From Euryarchaeota archaeon UBA23 (GTDB taxonomy: Archaea; Thermoplasmatota; Poseidoniia; Poseidoniales; Thalassarchaeaceae): 64,000 nucleotides of DNA. Location of the stretch: positions 6,349-70,348 of the forward strand of contig DAIJ01000016.1 of NCBI GenBank assembly GCA_002498725.1. Direction: 5' to 3'. The notes beneath the pieces are model-generated. The model did no database searches. It was not told where the DNA came from and was given only the letters and a program-made list of their open reading frames with translations. Position numbers and translations under genes: made by a program. Shown here piece after piece: positions 57,727-64,000 of this stretch (position 1 is the stretch's first letter; the number at the start of each line of letters is the position of its first letter).

Positions 57727-60381
57727 ATGGTTAAACCAACAGAATGTACGTCAATAATTACATTCGAGGCTCTCGCCATGACTGATCCCCCTCCCCCCCC
57801 TCCTCCTCCGGGCTTCCCTCCTATGCCCCCTCCCCCTCCACCTCCTCCCGGTTTTGAGGTCGAAGAAGATGAAGAACAGTCTAGTGATTTATTGAATGAA
57901 CCGAGTTTTGATGAGGGGGTTCAGAATGAATTATCTGATGCCCTAACGCCACCTCCACTACCCCCAGAAATTTCTACACCACCACCTCCCTCAATGCCCA
58001 AACCGCCCATCCCTTCAGAACTAGAGGGGGTGGTTGATAAGATGGAACAAACTTCAATGGAAAAAGACCCATCTTTCGAATTAATAGTCGAACCAGATCA
58101 GGGTGTACTGGAAGAAGATATTGGTAATTTTAATAATGCTGAGAATCTGGATTTTTCCGAATCTGAAGTTGATTCATCTCTGGAATCAGCACTTTCATCA
58201 TTTGATTTTGATGAGGCGGAGACTCAATCTTCTGATGAAAATGAGTTTACAAAATATTCCGATGAGTCATTATCTAGCAGCCTTAGACCTGCATCCGAAG
58301 TTGATTCAATCCCAGGTGACAAACTCTATGTGACTCTAAAAGAAAAGGAGGAGTCAGTAGTAAATCCAGATGGAACAATCCGTCAACAATCAATTGATGG
58401 TGAGTTAATACTCAGAAATTCAAGCAGAAAAGATAGAGCTTGGGATATAGAGGTTAGCTTATCAAATACCGGAGCTACTGATATTGGTGGTGGGTCAATA
58501 AATGTGCGAGAATTAGATGCAACTGAATCAACAACCTTGCCATATACTGCTTCAGGGCCAAAGATGATGGTCATTAGAGAGCACATTGATACAGAGCCAG
58601 AAAGACCTCAAGAATCTTCCCTATCTATGGTTTTGTCTCCAAATCCACAAGAGGTACTCATACGAATAATCGCTGAAAATCATGCCCCGGTCGCTCTTTC
58701 TGATGTAGAGATTAGAAGATCTTTACCAGAAAATTTTCAACTTTCGGAAGGGCCTGAATATGATATCAAGGACTCCGAACTTGTATGGCGAATTGGTAGG
58801 CTGCCAGTAGGTGAGATAGCTTCTCTAGAAATACGTCCAGAGGTTACTACAAGATCAATTCAAAGATTTTCTACCGGAGTTTTAAGGGCGATGTATAGTT
58901 CTGAATCAACAGTATCTAGGGCCAAATTTGAAACAGTTAAGAGTAGAGCACGGCAATTTGGATATGTTAGCCCTAAGGAAGATGATCGTCCGGATGTTTT
59001 CCATTGCAAATTGGTTGTCGAAAACCGTTCCTCTTTCGTAGTTAATCTTTCATCAGCCACAGTGTGGGTGGCAGGACGCAATGATCCCTTCTTGGAATTA
59101 GAAGATATTCGAGAGGAAATACCCCCAGAGGGTTTGTGGGATTCTGTTGATAAGAGGATTGAGGCAATAGAAAGGCCAAATTTCACTCATGAGATTGATT
59201 ACTCAATATTACCAAGAGCCAATGTTGAATCAACTGGACAAATAGAGGTTAAAGAACGAAGCATAAAAGTATTAGATGCCACAGTTAATAAGAGGTTTAG
59301 CATAAGTCGAATTAGATCTTATGTTTCTTCTGAATTAGACGCCTCAATTATAGTTAAAAATACTGGTTCAGCACCAATAAATGTAATACGTTTACTTGAT
59401 GATGTACCCGGAGTTTTCTTACCACCTTCTCCAGATGGTATTCGTGTTGAAATTGAAGGCGTTGATTTGAAAGAAGATCAATATAGAATAGAAGTAGTTG
59501 ATGGTACACAAATAGAAGAGGAATTAATTTCCCCTGATTCTCAAGGTCATGCGTTGCGAATAACAGTTGGTACCTCTGCACCTTTAGGCCTGCAACCGGG
59601 GAAATCATTGCTGATAAATTACCCTCTTGTAGCTGAAGATCCATCTCCTATGAATGATTGCTTAGCAGGACCTATACGTGCTGATTTTAGTATGGAAAGG
59701 TTCGGTCCCGTTGCAACTAGACATTGCGTAAAATCTCCTATGGTAAGAGTTGTACATCGAAGGAGACGTTATTCTACAGGAAAAGAAATATTCCCATCAG
59801 CAGGACCTGGTTGCTATGAGATTATTTTGATGTTCCAAAATGATTCAGACAGCGCACTTGAGGATCTTATTCTACAAGACGTAGTCCCTGGTACATTTAA
59901 TATTGAAAATTCAGTAGTTAGATCTAACCAGTCTGGAGAAAAATCAGTTGACTATTCCAAAGAATCGGCGAGAGAAGGCACACATGTTTCTTGGCCAATT
60001 GGTAGAATTGAAAAAGACGAAAGAATAGAGGTATCATTCGAAATTAGAGGAGATCCAGAAAGCGAATTCAAGGTTTCTGATGCTCAGGATTATCATGGTG
60101 CCAGCTTTGGTGATGAAGTTGATGAAGAACCTAATTTGCCTGAATGGGTTGACGAGAATATAAGAGCAAGTTCTAGGAATGTAATATCCGAGGTGGAAGA
60201 AAGTAATTTTGATGAGGTCATTGAAAATTCTATTCAGAACATCTCATCTTTAGACAATGAATCTGAAGAAATTCATTCTCCCGGATCATTAGATTCTGCC
60301 TCTGGTGACTGTCCAGTATGTGGGACAGAGTCTTCATTGGGGGCATCATCTTGCGAAACTTGTGGTTATCAATTCAAGTGA
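57727..60381 (+). CDS. Large cytoplasmic-looking protein (884 aa) with an N-terminal poly-proline tract, an acidic linker, repeated DUF11/CARDB-like beta-sandwich modules and a C-terminal zinc ribbon
   Basis: PPPPPPPPGFPPMPPPPPPPPGF and a C-terminal CPVCG...CETCGY. There is no signal peptide or TM helix. Repeated motifs of the form hhV.N.g...h.dh.l.D.vP.g. Confidence 0.6.
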   Translation: MVKPTECTSIITFEALAMTDPPPPPPPPGFPPMPPPPPPPPGFEVEEDEEQSSDLLNEPSFDEGVQNELSDALTPPPLPPEISTPPPPSMPKPPIPSELEGVVDKMEQTSMEKDPSFELIVEPDQGVLEEDIGNFNNAENLDFSESEVDSSLESALSSFDFDEAETQSSDENEFTKYSDESLSSSLRPASEVDSIPGDKLYVTLKEKEESVVNPDGTIRQQSIDGELILRNSSRKDRAWDIEVSLSNTGATDIGGGSINVRELDATESTTLPYTASGPKMMVIREHIDTEPERPQESSLSMVLSPNPQEVLIRIIAENHAPVALSDVEIRRSLPENFQLSEGPEYDIKDSELVWRIGRLPVGEIASLEIRPEVTTRSIQRFSTGVLRAMYSSESTVSRAKFETVKSRARQFGYVSPKEDDRPDVFHCKLVVENRSSFVVNLSSATVWVAGRNDPFLELEDIREEIPPEGLWDSVDKRIEAIERPNFTHEIDYSILPRANVESTGQIEVKERSIKVLDATVNKRFSISRIRSYVSSELDASIIVKNTGSAPINVIRLLDDVPGVFLPPSPDGIRVEIEGVDLKEDQYRIEVVDGTQIEEELISPDSQGHALRITVGTSAPLGLQPGKSLLINYPLVAEDPSPMNDCLAGPIRADFSMERFGPVATRHCVKSPMVRVVHRRRRYSTGKEIFPSAGPGCYEIILMFQNDSDSALEDLILQDVVPGTFNIENSVVRSNQSGEKSVDYSKESAREGTHVSWPIGRIEKDERIEVSFEIRGDPESEFKVSDAQDYHGASFGDEVDEEPNLPEWVDENIRASSRNVISEVEESNFDEVIENSIQNISSLDNESEEIHSPGSLDSASGDCPVCGTESSLGASSCETCGYQFK

Positions 60382-60439
60382 TATAATTGATATTTCATAT
60401 ATCTCGAGCCGAATCCTTCAATTGAGTTCGTCATAACGA

Positions 60440-61363
60440 ATGCACATGGCCGCGCCCACTGGAGCCTCACATGACCCCAATATGGGCATGGGTGGCATGA
60501 TGATGCCGATGATGGTCATTCTTGGTCTGATGCTGGCTGTTTCTATGATAGATGGTTTGAGGACGGGGTTGTCTGATGCAGCGGCTTTAGTAATTGAACC
60601 CACCATTCCTTTCCATGATGTATGGTTTATTCCTACTGTATTCATCATAGGAACTTCAATAATGGTAGTAAATACGATAATACGTGCTTTTTTCACTGAT
60701 CCATTGACTATGGTTCATAATCAACATCGGAACAAGCAGATTAATGCTCAATTACGAGACGCTCAGGCTTCAAGAGATAATGCAAGGGCGGAGAAAATGC
60801 GTACTTTGCAGATGCATATGATGCCAGAATCGATGAAACAACAAGGAGATCAGATGAGACCAGTCATGTTTACCATAGTATTCATATTCGCGATTTTTAA
60901 CTGGATGGCTGAGTCCTCAGCCGATTTCCGTGTTGATTACGTTAGTCTTCCATGGGAACCAATGTGGTCAATGAATAATCGTATTTTGTGGATATTGCCC
61001 GCATGGGTTATAACTTACATCAGTATGAGTGCTCCACTGGGTAGAATTATTGATCGCCATTTGAAAATACTTAGGCTTGCTAGGCACCCATTAGTAGTTG
61101 CTGGAGATCTAATTCCAGAGCCATTACTCCATTTACTCAAAGAAGACAAATCAACATCTTCAATTAAGACTCAACGTAGTCAGCGAAGAACAAGAGACGG
61201 CCCTCGAAAAACAGGTTCTCAAAACTCTCCACAAAAATCAGGGAATCAACATTCAGCTCCTCCTAAATCTGGAACAAAATGTAAGTCTTGTAATTCTACA
61301 CTAGTGACCAGAACTACCAATGGACGAATTCGATGTGAAGTATGTAGAAATGAGTGGAGGTGA
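60440..61363 (+). CDS. DUF106-family membrane protein (archaeal YidC/Oxa1/EMC3-like insertase homologue) with a Met-rich N-terminus and a C-terminal zinc-ribbon extension
   Basis: TM1, a coiled coil (NAQLRDAQASRDNARAEKMRTLQ), TM2/TM3, then basic KSGTKCKSCNST...RCEVCRNEW. Its position upstream of cmk matches conserved archaeal gene order. Confidence 0.6.
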   Translation: MHMAAPTGASHDPNMGMGGMMMPMMVILGLMLAVSMIDGLRTGLSDAAALVIEPTIPFHDVWFIPTVFIIGTSIMVVNTIIRAFFTDPLTMVHNQHRNKQINAQLRDAQASRDNARAEKMRTLQMHMMPESMKQQGDQMRPVMFTIVFIFAIFNWMAESSADFRVDYVSLPWEPMWSMNNRILWILPAWVITYISMSAPLGRIIDRHLKILRLARHPLVVAGDLIPEPLLHLLKEDKSTSSIKTQRSQRRTRDGPRKTGSQNSPQKSGNQHSAPPKSGTKCKSCNSTLVTRTTNGRIRCEVCRNEWR

Positions 61364-61901
61364 TTTATTGACTAAAGTCACAATTAGTGGCCCTCCTGGA
61401 AGTGGAACTTCTACATTGGTATCTAAGATTGTAGAATCAACAGGTTGGTCTTCTCTAAATGGTGGTGAGGTATTTCGTAGTGAGGCCAATCGTAGAAAAA
61501 TGAGTCTTCATGAATTCAGCGAACTTTGTAGATCAAATCTTGATGTTGACCGATCGCTAGATGCATTGTTGAAAGAAGCGATGATCCAAAATGATGGACC
61601 CGACATAATAGAGAGTCGTTTATCTGGTTGGTGGGCCCATAAGCTAAAAATTGATTGTCAACGTATATGGATACATACATCTGATGAGGAAAGAGCACTA
61701 AGAATACAGAAAAGAGAAGGTGGTGATTTTTCCGATCGCCTAGATCAATCAAAGAGGCGTCAGAGTGCAGACAAAGATCGTTATATGACTCTATATGACA
61801 TTGATCTTGATGACATGTCCCCCTATACATTTGTCGTCGATGCTGATCAACTATCTGCTGAAGAGGTATATTCAATTGTGATTAAACATCTGGAGGTATA
61901 A
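61350..61901 (+). CDS. cmk: Cytidylate kinase (archaeal type)
   Basis: P-loop ISGPPGSGTST. Short adenylate-kinase-like fold. The ATG at 61350 is preferred over the track's upstream start. Confidence 0.8.
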   Translation: MSGGDLLTKVTISGPPGSGTSTLVSKIVESTGWSSLNGGEVFRSEANRRKMSLHEFSELCRSNLDVDRSLDALLKEAMIQNDGPDIIESRLSGWWAHKLKIDCQRIWIHTSDEERALRIQKREGGDFSDRLDQSKRRQSADKDRYMTLYDIDLDDMSPYTFVVDADQLSAEEVYSIVIKHLEV

Positions 61902-61903
61902 TC

Positions 61904-62866
61904 ATGAATCATATAATTTTAGAAAATGATGCCATTACTGATGATCGTTATGGAATTTCTCCAAATGATCGTAGTCTTGAGTCTCTTTTAGATGCAGGTG
62001 TAATACTTGTTGACAAACCACGTGGACCAACCAGTCATCAATTAACAGCTTGGACCCGTGAAATATTAGGGATACATCGACTAGGTCATGGCGGTACTTT
62101 GGATCCTTTTGCAACAGGATTACTGACGATGCTTTCAGGTAAGGCGACACGTCTAACTGATTTGGTACTCACCGGAGATAAGAGATATATTGCTGTAGTA
62201 AGATTTGGTAGAGATGTTGATCAAAATGAATTACAAAAGACTCTTGAAAATCTCACAGGAGAAATATACAACGTGCCTCCTTTGGAATCAGCGGTTAAGG
62301 TAAGAGTTAGAACAAGAATAATTCATTCTTTTGATTTAATTGATTCAGAAATAGAATCACGTTTGGCAGTACTCTCAATATCATGTAACGCAGGAACTTA
62401 TATCAGAACGTTGGCCAGAGATATGGGTTTGATATTGTCTACATCATGTGAATTACTTGAGTTGCATCGTGATAGAACTGGTGACTTTGTACAGACTGAT
62501 GCATGTACAATGCAACAATTAATTGATGCGGTCTTCTTATGGAAAGAACACGATGACGACCGTGCTTTGAAGAGACTAATTGCTCCTGTGGAATCAATAC
62601 TTACTAGTTTGCCAAGAATTGTTGTAAAGGATGGTGCAGCAGGTGCCATATCGCATGGAGCGGCACTTGCTAGACCCGGTATTGTTAGTATAGACGCTGG
62701 AATAGAAGAAGGCTCTAATGTAGTTCTTCAGACTTTAAAGGGTGAAGCAATAGCGATTGCAGAAACAAGATACAATACTGAGAAAATCATCTCTATGGAA
62801 AATGGAAATATAGCTCAACCCAAGGTGGTTCTCATCCAGCCTGATGTTTATCCACAAACGTGGTAG
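61904..62866 (+). CDS. cbf5: tRNA/rRNA pseudouridine synthase Cbf5 (TruB family, H/ACA RNP catalytic subunit) with a PUA domain
   Basis: HGGTLDP is the catalytic Asp motif. The C-terminal PUA-like segment has GAISHGAALARPGIV. Confidence 0.9.
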   Translation: MNHIILENDAITDDRYGISPNDRSLESLLDAGVILVDKPRGPTSHQLTAWTREILGIHRLGHGGTLDPFATGLLTMLSGKATRLTDLVLTGDKRYIAVVRFGRDVDQNELQKTLENLTGEIYNVPPLESAVKVRVRTRIIHSFDLIDSEIESRLAVLSISCNAGTYIRTLARDMGLILSTSCELLELHRDRTGDFVQTDACTMQQLIDAVFLWKEHDDDRALKRLIAPVESILTSLPRIVVKDGAAGAISHGAALARPGIVSIDAGIEEGSNVVLQTLKGEAIAIAETRYNTEKIISMENGNIAQPKVVLIQPDVYPQTW

Positions 62867-63082
62867 GGGAAATACGTATTACTGCATTTCATGCTCTTCA
62901 TATACCCATTCATCAGTCTCAATACGAACTCTCAGTTTCATCATCACAAACACACACCAGCGCCTCATTGAATGAGTGCGGTAAGGTGATTTGGACATCC
63001 ATCCATGTATAATGATTCCCCGATTTTTAATGATTATCAGCCTTACCAAGGTTTAGAATATCATGTTCTGTGAAATTATCAT

Positions 63083-64000
63083 TTACTTGCTATATGGCTT
63101 CCTAAGACGCCCGGGTCCAAATTGTAAAAGCAGTAAAGCAGTGAATAAAATAGCAATTGCTGAAAACATAATTAATATTCCAAAATCATCCTCGTTTTTG
63201 TCATCATTATTATCTATGGCTCTAGATTGTATTGTCATTGAAAATTCATTATTTTCTTCATTACTCTCCTCTACTGAATTAGTGCCATCAACTATCCCCC
63301 TAATAATCAAATCTCCATGATTAGATACTTGAGTATCACATGTGGCAATACCAAGTCCTCCCGGTGCCAGAGTATCGATCATTTCCGAACCAACCAAAAT
63401 ACCATCTAACCAGCATCTTATATCTATCATATCAGCAATTCCTCTTCCTTGGTTGCGCACATATATCTTTATTTGGACTATTTCTCCTTCGGCTATATTT
63501 TCTATAGTACTTCCACCTCTCCATATTTCTAGATTTTCAATCAATAAATCAGGCATTGCAGTTACTACAACTTCAATACTTTGAGTAAATTCATTAGTTC
63601 CGTCACTAACACTAATTTCTACAGTATGCACACCTGGCTCAACTGGAGTAAGAGACAAATCTCCAAATTCGTCGATTGTCACCCATGATCGGGAAATTGT
63701 AATTGACAAATCATCACTATCTGGGTCGAAAATTTCTATATCTAAAACTCTACTTGATCCGAGTTCAATATATGTTGATGTCGGTAGTCCACTAACCACA
63801 GGGGGGTCTTCTATAGGGGTTAATTCTACGTTGAATCCTCCATGCCATATGTTGCCGCTTTCATCGATTACATTAATTTCTATATGCGCTAAACCTACGG
63901 CATTATTTATTGGTTGTATACGTATATCGCCATCGATTGTTGAAACTTCTACTAGGTTTGTATTTTCACTCCATGCTTCCACAATAAGATTCTCCCAAGA
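63083..64000 (-). CDS. CARDB-domain surface protein with a C-terminal TM anchor. Its N-terminus lies beyond the window end.
   Basis: LLIENLEIWRGGS...VQIKIYVRNQGRGIA...LAPGG matches the CARDB pattern. C-terminal FGILIMFSAIAILFTALLLL is followed by basic residues. The ORF is open at the window edge. Confidence 0.7.
   Translation of the reverse strand, partial: SWENLIVEAWSENTNLVEVSTIDGDIRIQPINNAVGLAHIEINVIDESGNIWHGGFNVELTPIEDPPVVSGLPTSTYIELGSSRVLDIEIFDPDSDDLSITISRSWVTIDEFGDLSLTPVEPGVHTVEISVSDGTNEFTQSIEVVVTAMPDLLIENLEIWRGGSTIENIAEGEIVQIKIYVRNQGRGIADMIDIRCWLDGILVGSEMIDTLAPGGLGIATCDTQVSNHGDLIIRGIVDGTNSVEESNEENNEFSMTIQSRAIDNNDDKNEDDFGILIMFSAIAILFTALLLLQFGPGRLRKPYSK

Overview
The window reads as a gene-dense archaeal chromosome segment of about 40% GC. 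From gene content I infer a marine Thermoplasmatota or Poseidoniales-like euryarchaeon, but the taxon is only an inference. Archaeal/eukaryal-type markers are RtcB with archease, archaeal-type AlaRS, Cbf5, Spt4, RpoE, S24e, S27ae, a GPN-loop GTPase, an XPD helicase, DtdA, an archaeal YidC-like DUF106 protein, and a UbiA prenyltransferase that is probably DGGGP synthase. Housekeeping metabolism comprises gdhA, purC, guaC, argF, cmk, proline dehydrogenase and an aminotransferase. Three tRNA genes are present: Ser-GGA, Thr-GGU and Glu-CUC. Between these genes sit three giant single-pass membrane glycoproteins of 1890 to 2290 aa, packed with N-X-S/T sequons. Each ends in a C-terminal TM helix followed by a different cytoplasmic tail. 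Other surface proteins include a thrombospondin-type-3 Ca-repeat protein, an ELWxxDGT-repeat lipoprotein, a CARDB-domain protein and an S8 subtilisin. I found no CRISPR array, transposase or integrase. I also found no recognisable classical defence operon. The candidates for something new are an ABC importer whose permease carries an N-terminal BNR/Ycf48-like beta-propeller and has no separate binding-protein gene, the distinct cytoplasmic tails on the giant proteins, an 884-aa leaderless poly-proline/DUF11-like/zinc-ribbon protein, and a few GC-rich structured intergenic regions. All homology calls rest on motifs read from the translations and are not database hits. ORF-track starts that are GTG/TTG were trimmed to plausible ATGs where noted.
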